A stretch of DNA of 60,853 nucleotides from a virus. Taxonomy: Duplodnaviria; Caudoviricetes. Of the stretch, positions 48,920-57,354 are shown one piece after another (position 1 is the stretch's first letter; each line of letters opens with the position of its first letter). The stretch lies in IMG/VR virus record IMGVR_UViG_3300036987_000332, positions 1-60,853 of that record; one strand, 5' to 3'. Below the pieces are notes generated by a model. That model was not told where the DNA came from. It worked only from the letters and a program-made list of their open reading frames with translations, and searched no databases. A program made the translations under genes and the position numbers.

Positions 48920-49711
48920 TTATACCACCTCAAATCCAAGTCCCTGCTCAATCAGCGGACGGTAACTGTGTGATTTGAGCAGCTCGTAGATGAAAAGGCG
49001 ACCTTTCTGGGTCCAGTAGGTATGCACCTTTGCATGGGTTTCACCATCGTTTCCGAGGTAATTATGGGTTTTGGTGCAGGTATAGCCGTTCGCGGCGTGC
49101 TTTTGGTACAGCAGCCAGATATCGCCCTGCTTGAACTGGACTCCGAGGGTGTGAAGGTAGTCGTTCATCCACTGACCGGACTTCCCATAATCCTTGGCGA
49201 TGGTGGTGATCGCAACGGCATCCTTGCAGTTGAGGATGACATCATAGTAACTGGCTTTGGGCTTCATCTCGGCGATCTGCTGCTTCTGGACGCTGACAGC
49301 GATGAGGAGGGTGGCGTTTCTAGCCCGCTCTGCCTTGAGTTCCTGCAGCGCCTGAATCCAAAGGTCGGGATTGGCGAGCAGTTCATCGGCAGCGTACAGG
49401 CCATGTCTGCGGATAGAGGGGAGAACCTCATGTGTAACCCAGCGTTTGAATTTCTTTGCCTCTGGTTTGTCTGAGCGGAGGATGACATTATAAAGACCAC
49501 TTTCGCTGATACAGATCATTTCCTGAGCTCCGCCAAGGGTGTCCACCCTGACCGGCTCCCTTTCGTCGGCGTCAAGTCTGTCGGCGGCATCCCGGTATTT
49601 TGAAATACCCAGCACCGCACATACATCCTTAAGAACCCACCATGGTTCACTGCCTATTTTGATGGTTCGGACATCGTTGCCTTCGTAGGTGAATACTGCT
49701 AACTCGTTCAT
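48920..49711 (-). CDS. Phage antirepressor (Bro-N + KilAC)
   Basis: PWWVLKDVC, ISESGLY…S.KPEAK.FK.WVT.EVLPSIR, WTQKGR.F; start MNEL. Confidence 0.9.
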   Translation of the reverse strand: MNELAVFTYEGNDVRTIKIGSEPWWVLKDVCAVLGISKYRDAADRLDADEREPVRVDTLGGAQEMICISESGLYNVILRSDKPEAKKFKRWVTHEVLPSIRRHGLYAADELLANPDLWIQALQELKAERARNATLLIAVSVQKQQIAEMKPKASYYDVILNCKDAVAITTIAKDYGKSGQWMNDYLHTLGVQFKQGDIWLLYQKHAANGYTCTKTHNYLGNDGETHAKVHTYWTQKGRLFIYELLKSHSYRPLIEQGLGFEVV

Positions 49712-49757
49712 ATTGACCTCCCGTAAAATATGATTCGGAGCAAAACCGCTCCTAGCC

Positions 49758-49787
49758 ATATGCGAAAACTGGAAGGGAATCGAACCC
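49758..49787 (-). promoter_or_regulatory. Motif B (GGGTTCGA-N11-TTTTCGCATAT)
   Basis: Upstream of the antirepressor. Confidence 0.75.
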
Positions 49788-49793
49788 CCTGAT

Positions 49794-52664
49794 TCAGTCT
49801 TTTTTATAAAACGAACACTCGAAGCCGTCAGCGCGGAGTAGAAGCCCCTTCGCCCAGGGCGGCGTTTCGCCCATATAGCGACAAGCGACCTCCCGCGATA
49901 CATCAGGAGATGCTTCAATGACCACCTCATCATGGACTGTCATCACGATGGAAAGCCCCACGCTGTCCAACCGCCGCATCGCGTGGCAGAGGATGTCGCG
50001 GCTGATCGCCTGGACTACGTTCTCCACCAGTTTTGGGCCGTATGTCTCGATGCGCTCCCATTTTTTCGTCGCGCCAACACCCTCATAGGTAACCGAATCG
50101 CTGCCGAAGCTGTTTGTCCCGATCCGTGGTTTTACGTATGAAAGCCGTCTGCCGGAAGGGAGGGTGATGAAAAGGAAACCGCTGCGGTATTCAAAGATAA
50201 TGCCATGTGTCTGTACCGACATTTTATTACGTACGGCCGTCATCGCTGCACGGTCGACGTCCCACCAAAGACGTGTGATATTAGGATTGGCGGTACGCCA
50301 TGCAGTTACCAGCGGTTGTAGTTCATCTTCGGACAGGCCCATGTCAAGAGCGCCCATCGCCTTGAGCGCACCAACCGAACCGCCATATCCAAGAGCCAAC
50401 TCGGCTATTTTGCCTTTCTGCCGGAGCGTGCTGCCTTTGGTGATTTCCTCAATCGGGACTCGGAACATCTGGCTGGCTGAAGCCTCGTAAATCTTGCCAT
50501 GAGTGGCAAAAACCTCATTGCGCCAGCGTTCTCCGGCAAGCCAAGCGATGACGCGAGCTTCAATCGCACTAAAATCGGCCACAATGAACTTGCAGCCCGG
50601 ATCAGGCACGAAAGCGGTACGGATCAGTTCTGAGAGAACTGCCGGAACAGAATCATAGAGGGCTTCCATTGTAGCGTAGTCGCCGGATTTCACGAGCTGA
50701 CGTGCCTGAGCCAAGTCAGGCAAATGGTTTTGAGGAAGGTTTTGGACCTGGATTAAACGTCCCGAGTTGCCTGTTACCCAGACTCTGCCATTTCGCCTCA
50801 CTAAAAAAAATCCCGTTGATGTTATAGCGCAATATACTTGGCCGTCGAATTCTGATATGGTCGGCTTCGTTCTTATTTCATGACAGTTTTTTGGTGTCAA
50901 CCAAATGTCCACTGTATATACGACTCGCCATCCGGGGTTTTCTTTTGTCCGGTCCCTAATCCCTAAAAGTGCACTCCGGCCGCTTATGTGAGCAAATGCC
51001 TGAACCATGTCAGCATTCTGTTTGTTGCATGTACTATACTGAATACTATTTACCGCACTTCGATAGCCGTCCCAGTAAACCAGCTCGTCGAAAAACACAT
51101 CTGGGCTTTCGTCAAAAAGCCATGAACCAAAGGTTTTATCCTTAAATAGCCTTAACCAAAGCGGTACATGTCGCGCGTAGATGCTGAACGTCTCAATGAT
51201 CTTTCCATTTTGTTTGTGGCAGACTTGAGTATAGGTAATATCAGCTTTGCGCAGCAGTTCCTTGCAACGCTCAATTTTACGACTTTTGCTAAATGCCAAC
51301 CTCATACTACCTTCGCTTGTATAGTGCCCATCAGCCTGAACCATAACGAGAACACGTAGATAAGCATGTTCAAGCCCCGAATTTGTCATCCTGAATCCAG
51401 TGAATGGGATACTTGGACGGTATTGCGTAATGTTTTTAACAGTATCAACTACCCATTCACCGCCATATCTGCGCTTTACATACATTTTGTGGTCAGGTGT
51501 ACTGATTTGGGATATACGCTTATCTGAGTATTCATACATCGGACCCGTATAAGCGAAAGAAACAGCGTCTGCCATCTGAAATGATACGATTTCACCTTTA
51601 GGATTCCAGCAAGCGATTTCACTCCCTTGCCATTGATCCAAACATAGCCATCCGTCTTTGGTTAATATTTCATGATCACCGGTCAAGCAAAACCGGCCGG
51701 TTCTGTTGGCACCGTAAAATTGTAATAGGCCCCTGGCCCTGCCGTCTGAGCAAACTGCGTTTTCCATCGCTGTGTATTTCTTGATGCTGCTTTTGGCTAG
51801 GTCTTGCCTGAGCATAAGCACCTCTCCAAGGTTCTCCGGTGCGGTTTTGAGCAGCTGCTTGACCGCCGCCTTGTCCAGTGAATCCGTTTCCATCCCGTTT
51901 TCGGCGAGCCATGCTTTCATCTGGGCGACCGAATTGGGATTCTCCAGATCGGTAATCTCCTGCATAGTGTTTGTTAATTCAAACCTCGATCGCGTGTCAA
52001 TACGAATGGCCTCACTAACCAGATCTACGTCCAACCGTATGCCCCGGTCATTAATCTTTTGATCGAGAACGTAATTCTTCCACTCATCCTCCGGCATAGG
52101 AAATTTTGAGAGCCGACCCGTGATCGACAACTCCGTTTCTACATCGCGGACGTTGTACAGCTTGAACTGCTTCCATTTTTCCGGTGTGTGAGTAGGCAGA
52201 TTACGTGTGCGCCCATCGTTTACAATGGTTGGCTTGCAGGGTGAACAGAAATAACGGATGAGATCTTTACCTTCAGATAGCTTTTGCTTATCGGCACCTG
52301 TCACAACCGATGCGCCTGCCAGAGAAAGGGGTAGGCCCAGGTAGGCGCACCACACCATCGTGCAGCGCCATGACTGTGGGTCAAGATATTGACCTGTAGT
52401 CATACCCAAGTATCGCGATAAACAAATCCGCTCGAATTGAGCATTGTGAGCCCATTTCATAACGGTATCGTCATGTAGGGCTGTCCGAATTTCAGATGGC
52501 AGGGATTCGCCGGAGGTAAGGTCGATTACGTTTACCTTACCACCATCCGTGCTATAACCAAAAAGCAGTATTTCAAAATCAGGAGACTCAACGTAGCGAT
52601 AGACCCCGCTTTTCGCGAGGTCTACGCTACTGTATGTTTCCAGATCGACGTCAATGGTTTTCAT
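49794..52664 (-). CDS. Phage family-A DNA polymerase containing an intein
   Basis: D.ETYS exonuclease motif, ADFSAIEAR motif A, RQKGK.AELALGYG motif B, VHDE motif C. Confidence 0.93.
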   Translation of the reverse strand: MKTIDVDLETYSSVDLAKSGVYRYVESPDFEILLFGYSTDGGKVNVIDLTSGESLPSEIRTALHDDTVMKWAHNAQFERICLSRYLGMTTGQYLDPQSWRCTMVWCAYLGLPLSLAGASVVTGADKQKLSEGKDLIRYFCSPCKPTIVNDGRTRNLPTHTPEKWKQFKLYNVRDVETELSITGRLSKFPMPEDEWKNYVLDQKINDRGIRLDVDLVSEAIRIDTRSRFELTNTMQEITDLENPNSVAQMKAWLAENGMETDSLDKAAVKQLLKTAPENLGEVLMLRQDLAKSSIKKYTAMENAVCSDGRARGLLQFYGANRTGRFCLTGDHEILTKDGWLCLDQWQGSEIACWNPKGEIVSFQMADAVSFAYTGPMYEYSDKRISQISTPDHKMYVKRRYGGEWVVDTVKNITQYRPSIPFTGFRMTNSGLEHAYLRVLVMVQADGHYTSEGSMRLAFSKSRKIERCKELLRKADITYTQVCHKQNGKIIETFSIYARHVPLWLRLFKDKTFGSWLFDESPDVFFDELVYWDGYRSAVNSIQYSTCNKQNADMVQAFAHISGRSALLGIRDRTKENPGWRVVYTVDIWLTPKNCHEIRTKPTISEFDGQVYCAITSTGFFLVRRNGRVWVTGNSGRLIQVQNLPQNHLPDLAQARQLVKSGDYATMEALYDSVPAVLSELIRTAFVPDPGCKFIVADFSAIEARVIAWLAGERWRNEVFATHGKIYEASASQMFRVPIEEITKGSTLRQKGKIAELALGYGGSVGALKAMGALDMGLSEDELQPLVTAWRTANPNITRLWWDVDRAAMTAVRNKMSVQTHGIIFEYRSGFLFITLPSGRRLSYVKPRIGTNSFGSDSVTYEGVGATKKWERIETYGPKLVENVVQAISRDILCHAMRRLDSVGLSIVMTVHDEVVIEASPDVSREVACRYMGETPPWAKGLLLRADGFECSFYKKD
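50766..51689 (-). mobile_element. Intein (308 aa) with LAGLIDADG-type endonuclease region
   Basis: …RTGRF|CLTGDHEILTKDGW…STPDH…MVQADG…YWDG…VYC…TGFFLVRRNG..WVTGN|SGRLIQ; lower GC than the exteins. Confidence 0.9.
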
Positions 52665-53239
52665 GACAGGAAGTCATCATCCACATCAGTGGTAAAATCA
52701 TCCGCTGCATTGGTACGGCCACCCAGCGGTTCGCCGTCGCTGATCTTCTGGATGTTACCGAGGCCACAAGCGATGCCCCTGTTGCCATTGGAGTTGAAGG
52801 CGTAGAAGTTGATGCTGACTCTGGCGTAAACGCCGGAGTACACTTCTGATCTGTCGAGGATCGGTTCCACTTGGCGGTTGACGATCTGGGGTGCGGTGCT
52901 GCTGTTGGCATTGATGAAAAAACAGTTGGCGTAAGCCTCATCGTCCGGGCGGTCGATATCGCCGTCACGAATAGGCAGTTTCAGAGCCGCTTTGTTCGGC
53001 ACCTTACCACCAAACTTGCCTTTGCCTTCCTCGATGGCAGCATCAACTGCAGCATTGATGGCCGCGATCGTTTTGGTGTCCGACTTCGGGATGATAAGGC
53101 TGACACTGTATTTCTCGGTGCCACCGTTGATGGATTTTGGTTCCCACACGTTGGCGTAGGACATGCGGACGATACCGGTAATAACCTTTGTGGGATTTTT
53201 GCCGGGATTCGGGTTGACTCGGTTAGCTGTGTTTGACAT
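52661..53239 (-). CDS. DUF2815 ssDNA-binding protein (gp2.5-like)
   Basis: R.SYANVWEP, KYSVSL, YSG.Y, GIACGL.N.Q…DGE.LGG, acidic tail. Confidence 0.9.
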   Translation of the reverse strand: MSNTANRVNPNPGKNPTKVITGIVRMSYANVWEPKSINGGTEKYSVSLIIPKSDTKTIAAINAAVDAAIEEGKGKFGGKVPNKAALKLPIRDGDIDRPDDEAYANCFFINANSSTAPQIVNRQVEPILDRSEVYSGVYARVSINFYAFNSNGNRGIACGLGNIQKISDGEPLGGRTNAADDFTTDVDDDFLS

Positions 53240-53243
53240 AGGT

Positions 53244-54371
53244 TTATTCCTCCATAAAATCTTTTTTTGCGTTTGATGCATTCATGACCGGGCGTTTATC
53301 TGAAAGTGGAACCAGCGTCGGCTTGCCCGGCGGCTTAATGACAAGCCCGGCCAGGACTTCGGTGAATTTGGGTTTACTCATCAGCTTCTCCATCTCGGTG
53401 ATGGAGATGATGCTTTGCTTGTAGATATCGTGGTAGCCAGCCGCTTTTACAGCTTCTGCAACGGCTTTCTCATCCGAATACTTGCGGTTTGAGCGACCTT
53501 CAACCAGCTTGAAACCAGGCCACTGTTTTCCATGGTTAATCGCTGCGTCGGTGGCGTACGCCATAATTTCGTTAGCCCAGTTTGTTAGGTCACCGATGGC
53601 GGCCAGGACTTCCGCGATCTCATCATCGGAGAGCAGGGGAGGCAGGGTAAACTCGAAAACGGCCAGTTTCATCTTGGACTCAGCCCTTGCCCGGCACTTG
53701 ACCGAAGCCCGACAGAACTGGCAGTGTTCACCGGGGAAATATTCACCGCCGCCGTCAAAGGCGAGAGCTGCCGTAGGCTTTAGGATTTCTTCCGCCCACT
53801 GGTAGAGCGATTCTTTGAAAACTGTGTAGGTACTGACATTCTCGCGTCGAGGCTGGAAGATGGTCATGGACACCACATCGATGTCATAGATACCGTCGAA
53901 CAGTTCCAGGGCACCGAGTGCGTACAACTTCATTTGCGGGTTTTCCTCGGCGTTTACGAGGACACCCTGGCCGTACTTGAAGTCGATGATATGAAGCGTT
54001 CCATCTGCGATGATCACACAGTCTCCTGTACCGAAACCGCAAGGTACGTACTTTGAGAAGTTCAGGCGCTGTTCGATCAGCACCAGCGGGTCGGTGCAGG
54101 TTTGTTTTGCTTGAGCGATCTGCTCCAGAATGAAAGTTACATAATCATCTGTGTGAGCATCCATTTCATCACTGTCGTACTTGGACACTGGCTTTTTGGA
54201 GCGCATTTTGAGGGCTTTCCGCAGTTTATGTTCAGCGAGCGCATGAGCTGCGGTACCTTCCTCTGCAGCAACACCGGAAATGTCATCGAAATCCAATTCA
54301 AGTCGAGCTGACGGTGTGCAAGCCATCCAGCGGTGTGCACCTGAAGCGGAGAGAATGGCATGCTCGCTCAT
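53244..54371 (-). CDS. DUF2800 Cas4-like/PD-(D/E)xK nuclease
   Basis: HA.LSAS…W..C, GT.AH, FGTGD…IDFKYG, Q..LYALG, CQFC. Confidence 0.88.
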   Translation of the reverse strand: MSEHAILSASGAHRWMACTPSARLELDFDDISGVAAEEGTAAHALAEHKLRKALKMRSKKPVSKYDSDEMDAHTDDYVTFILEQIAQAKQTCTDPLVLIEQRLNFSKYVPCGFGTGDCVIIADGTLHIIDFKYGQGVLVNAEENPQMKLYALGALELFDGIYDIDVVSMTIFQPRRENVSTYTVFKESLYQWAEEILKPTAALAFDGGGEYFPGEHCQFCRASVKCRARAESKMKLAVFEFTLPPLLSDDEIAEVLAAIGDLTNWANEIMAYATDAAINHGKQWPGFKLVEGRSNRKYSDEKAVAEAVKAAGYHDIYKQSIISITEMEKLMSKPKFTEVLAGLVIKPPGKPTLVPLSDKRPVMNASNAKKDFMEE

Positions 54372-54697
54372 TTCAATGCCTCCGCTTCCTCAAGCAGGGT
54401 CGAAAACTCGCTCGGGTCGATTTCACTCAGTTTTTTCGCGCCGTGCTTTTCCAATAGTCCTCGGACCTCAGCGGTGAAACCGTCGTGAGATTTATCGGCC
54501 AATACCGCCCGTACTTGTTCCAGCGTGACTTGTTTTTCAGCAGGCTTTGCTGCCGGAGTCGGAGCAACCGCTGCCGTTTCAGGCTGACCGGTCTCGACAG
54601 GATTGCTGTGCGCCATCGCGTCCGCCATGGCCTGCACACTATTGGCTAATGACTGAAGATCAGATACCACGTCCAGTAACAGTTTGATTTTGCTCAT
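54368..54697 (-). CDS. Conserved phage replication-module protein
   Basis: TLEQVRAVLA.KS..G…V..LL.K.GA.KLS. Confidence 0.8.
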   Translation of the reverse strand: MSKIKLLLDVVSDLQSLANSVQAMADAMAHSNPVETGQPETAAVAPTPAAKPAEKQVTLEQVRAVLADKSHDGFTAEVRGLLEKHGAKKLSEIDPSEFSTLLEEAEALK

Positions 54698-54899
54698 GAT
54701 CTATACCTCCTTCCTTGATTTCTTTTATCTCCACTGTTTCAACTGAGTCACCTGGTGTGATGACGATGACACCAAATTTCTCGCCGAACAGTAGATTCAG
54801 TAGTCTGCTGCGGATGTTCCGTGACCCGCTCTTCAGCACCGGATCGCGAATGCCACCGGGTTTAGCCACGCTGATGGTGACCTTGTGTTTCAGACTCAT
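54660..54899 (-). CDS. Small conserved phage protein
   Basis: R.RLL..LFG…VI.PGDSV..VEI.E; first gene after Motif B. Confidence 0.7.
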   Translation of the reverse strand: MSLKHKVTISVAKPGGIRDPVLKSGSRNIRSRLLNLLFGEKFGVIVITPGDSVETVEIKEIKEGGIDHEQNQTVTGRGI

Positions 54900-54941
54900 T
54901 TTTCTACCTCTTTCCGAGGAGCGATTTCCTGCCCCTTATCG

Positions 54942-54971
54942 ATATGCGAAAAAACAAGCTTGTTCGAACCC
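54942..54971 (-). promoter_or_regulatory. Motif B (GGGTTCGA-N11-TTTTCGCATAT)
   Basis: Immediately after the sigma-like gene stop, heading the replication operon. Confidence 0.75.
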
Positions 54972-54975
54972 CCTT

Positions 54976-55473
54976 TCAGAGCAAGTATTTCTTCAGCTTT
55001 TCGCGGATTTTTTTCAGCCTATTTCGGATTGCTGCCTCGGTCACGCCTTCTTCTGCTGCGATGTCAACGTTGGTGCGCCGCTGAACGTATACTTTTTCAA
55101 AAAGGGCGCGTTGCTGCGGTTGAAGGCTATTCATCGCCTTACCAAGCTGGAGAAGCCTGTCTGCGTAAGCTGCTTCATCTTCTTGGGAGATGAGGAGGCG
55201 TTCTGGGTTTGTGCTATTGTCAGCGAGGAGATTGTTGCGATCACCAGCTTCTTCGCCATCGCCGTCATGGTAGGCATCCAGATGTGCGGGAACGCGATAT
55301 TCATAACGACGCTGATCATCCACCTCGGCGTCGTCCATAGAGTGGAGAAGTTCAATGTCTGTTTCGGTGACGCCGTTCTCACCGGGCTTTAGTTCAAACA
55401 CTCTGTCACCATCAGTGTTGTAATAAATGTATGTAGCACGATTTTTTTGACCTGTTTTGAGATGCCTTGACAT
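54976..55473 (-). CDS. Sigma-70 region 4 (ECF-like) protein
   Basis: L…Q..L…Y…..DIA.EEGV.E.AIR.RL.KI..KLKK; start MSRHLK at 55473. Confidence 0.85.
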   Translation of the reverse strand: MSRHLKTGQKNRATYIYYNTDGDRVFELKPGENGVTETDIELLHSMDDAEVDDQRRYEYRVPAHLDAYHDGDGEEAGDRNNLLADNSTNPERLLISQEDEAAYADRLLQLGKAMNSLQPQQRALFEKVYVQRRTNVDIAAEEGVTEAAIRNRLKKIREKLKKYLL

Positions 55474-55476
55474 GTT

Positions 55477-55615
55477 TTGGCTCCTTTCAGATGCAGGAGC
55501 CAAGCCTCAAAATCAAAAAGCCGAACGTTACGAAACACAAATGGCCGGATGGTTACGATTTTGTATTTCGTAACTCATCCGGCCATTTGGTAACTCGCAC
55601 TCGGCTCCGTTGCTC
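55477..55615 (-). promoter_or_regulatory. Structured 5' leader of the sigma gene (long hairpin + U-tract + RBS-sequestering hairpin)
   Basis: Stem of 14+7 bp at 55538-55589, outer AGCCGA/TCGGCT, and a perfect 9-bp stem at 55477-55503 containing the RBS. Confidence 0.7.
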
Positions 55616-55637
55616 GGTATGAATGGGGTTTATTTTG

Positions 55638-55781
55638 TTATTTCTTATGGGACGGTTTCGTCTGGGATAGTGCGCTACCTGCGACTGATTTTGTTTTTGC
55701 GCTGGTACGGCCGTCTCTCAAAAGGGACGACGCTTTTTGCGCAACAGATGGGGAAGTCTGCTTGCGATTGATTTTGCTCAT
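55638..55781 (-). CDS. 47-aa basic peptide (not in ORF track)
   Basis: MSKINRKQTSPSVAQKASSLLRDGRTSAKTKSVAGSALSQTKPSHKK with strong RBS AAAGGAGGTGA. Confidence 0.7.
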   Translation of the reverse strand: MSKINRKQTSPSVAQKASSLLRDGRTSAKTKSVAGSALSQTKPSHKK

Positions 55782-55831
55782 TCTGATCACCTCCTTTCAC
55801 AGCAACCAAAGTTATGGTCGGGGTATGATAT

Positions 55832-55990
55832 TCACGGAACGTTAATAATGCATTCTTCAGTGCACGGAACCGTGACGAGCTTTTTACATTGTGGACACTT
55901 GAGCATGACTTCGACTTGCTCTTTCGGCAGTTTCGAGATGTCGAAGGCTCGACGTCCACATTTGGGGCATTTCATCTTCTCCATTAGCAT
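55832..55990 (-). CDS. Com-like zinc-ribbon protein (52 aa; not in ORF track)
   Basis: MLMEKMKCPKCGRRAFD…VMLKCPQCKKL…; RBS GAGGAG. Confidence 0.75.
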   Translation of the reverse strand: MLMEKMKCPKCGRRAFDISKLPKEQVEVMLKCPQCKKLVTVPCTEECIINVP

Positions 55991-56006
55991 TTCTCCTCGT
56001 GATGTA

Positions 56007-56027
56007 TTGCTATAACGCTAATCCGCT
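56007..56027. promoter_or_regulatory. Operator-like box TTGCTATAACGCTAATCCGCT
   Basis: Near-identical copy at 57220-57240. Confidence 0.65.
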
Positions 56028-56081
56028 TTATAGCGAATCTAAATTGCAAAAAAAATGGCCTTACGTCAAATAGGGCATCTT

Positions 56082-56798
56082 CTATATGAGAAGATACCCT
56101 AACTCTTTGAGCCTAATTTCAGCTGACTGCTTAGAAACCTGAAAAAATGCCGCCAACTGTTCAATGATCCAACGTTCAGGTGGTATAAGATTTGCCGCGA
56201 TAAATGGATTTTCACAGCATTCTAGTTTGAACCGTTCAAAAGCAGCACCAACCGTTTCTCTGGGCATTAGGATTCGGGGAGCTATACCATTGGCTTGCCA
56301 CTCCATCCAGTCTTCATCTGTCCAAGTATCTTTGAATCTCTCGTCTTTTGTGTCACTAGGGCATCGAAAAGCCATAGAGGTCTTACCATCAATCTCACTC
56401 GACATGATATAGTAGTTCCTATGCTTGACCCAATGGACACACTCATGCGCTACGGTATTGCGCTGGCTTCCGAGGTTACGCCTGATGAGGGTGTCTGGAT
56501 CGATTATCATCGTTCCTGGCCTAACTCTGATTTCACGATATTCATCATTGACGCGGTCGTATATTTCTACAAGCCCACCAGTAAAGCACATTTGTCCCAG
56601 CACGCTAAAATTTTCTGTCAACCGTCGTTCAATAACGGCTAAACCCAGCTTTTTATGGGCGATTTCTTCAATAGGCACAAGCATTGGTGATTTCATGGTT
56701 TCCGGACAGTATGCGGAAAGGAAGGCTGTTGCCTCATCGTCAAACGAAGCCTTGCTAATATGCGGCACATAATCGTTTAGAATTTTCGATACAGCCAT
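56082..56798 (-). CDS. ImmA/IrrE-family metallopeptidase
   Basis: R.TVAHECVHW (HExxH), EWQAN..A..ILMP, F.VS..A.IRL. Confidence 0.9.
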   Translation of the reverse strand: MAVSKILNDYVPHISKASFDDEATAFLSAYCPETMKSPMLVPIEEIAHKKLGLAVIERRLTENFSVLGQMCFTGGLVEIYDRVNDEYREIRVRPGTMIIDPDTLIRRNLGSQRNTVAHECVHWVKHRNYYIMSSEIDGKTSMAFRCPSDTKDERFKDTWTDEDWMEWQANGIAPRILMPRETVGAAFERFKLECCENPFIAANLIPPERWIIEQLAAFFQVSKQSAEIRLKELGYLLI

Positions 56799-56802
56799 GG
56801 GA

Positions 56803-57186
56803 TCACTCCTTTTCGTCAATCGTATCCACAACTTTCTTCCAAAAGTCATCACCCAGGTTTTTATCGTTCGCTCTTCGGAGAGCTACCCGAACGTGAGGAA
56901 GATCCTCGTTCATAATGTAACTGGGCAAGTCGGGCGCTGCTTCGTTTCGTTCGCGACCGGCAAGGTCAAACATTTCCTCTTTCTCATCAGACGAGAGATT
57001 AATAACCGCAGCGATTTTTTCTAACAATTTCATATCGGGGGGATTGCGCCTTCCTTTAATAATGTCTGAAAGGTAGGTTGCGGTCATTTCCATCGCTTTT
57101 GCTATGTCTTTTAACATTATGTCGCCACCGTCGGCAGCGCGGCCTCTGCGTTTTTCATCAATATATTTTCCAAATTCACCAACCAC
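56803..57186 (-). CDS. XRE-family repressor (ImmR-like)
   Basis: FG.YI..KR…LKDIA…YLSDI.KGRR.PP; adjacent to ImmA. Confidence 0.88.
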   Translation of the reverse strand: MVGEFGKYIDEKRRGRAADGGDIMLKDIAKAMEMTATYLSDIIKGRRNPPDMKLLEKIAAVINLSSDEKEEMFDLAGRERNEAAPDLPSYIMNEDLPHVRVALRRANDKNLGDDFWKKVVDTIDEKE

Positions 57187-57219
57187 TTTAAATCACCCTC
57201 CTTTCAATGTTAAGCGATC

Positions 57220-57240
57220 TTGCTATAACGCTACTTCGCT
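57220..57240. promoter_or_regulatory. Operator-like box TTGCTATAACGCTACTTCGCT
   Basis: Downstream of a minus-strand TTGACA (57276-57281) and upstream of the repressor gene. Confidence 0.65.
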
Positions 57241-57290
57241 CATCTGCTTATTAGCTTACCACGTTCAAGTAATCATGTCAAGCACACAAT

Positions 57291-57325
57291 AAAAAAGCCG
57301 TGCTGATTTCTTTCAGCACGGCTTT
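57291..57325 (-). terminator. Intrinsic terminator of the ASCH operon
   Basis: AAAGCCGTGCTGA-N6-TCAGCACGGCTTT plus a T-run on the minus strand. Confidence 0.8.
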
Positions 57326-57354
57326 CGGAGCGGCTATAGGGTTTTGTTATTCCA

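Larger units (their letters stand above)
12599..57186 (-). mobile_element. Prophage core (siphovirus-like, serine-recombinase integration); true att boundaries probably lie outside these coordinates
   Basis: Full ordered set of regulation, replication, packaging, head, tail, lysis and recombinase genes, with no IS or obvious frameshift in core genes. Confidence 0.92.

Noticed and set aside
53244-54371. Cas4-like gene as evidence of CRISPR-Cas
   Set aside because: No repeat-spacer array or other cas genes seen; DUF2800 is a standard phage replication/recombination nuclease.
55675-55959. Track ORF of 94 aa
   Set aside because: Better explained by two smaller RBS-bearing ORFs in other frames (55832-55990 and 55638-55781).
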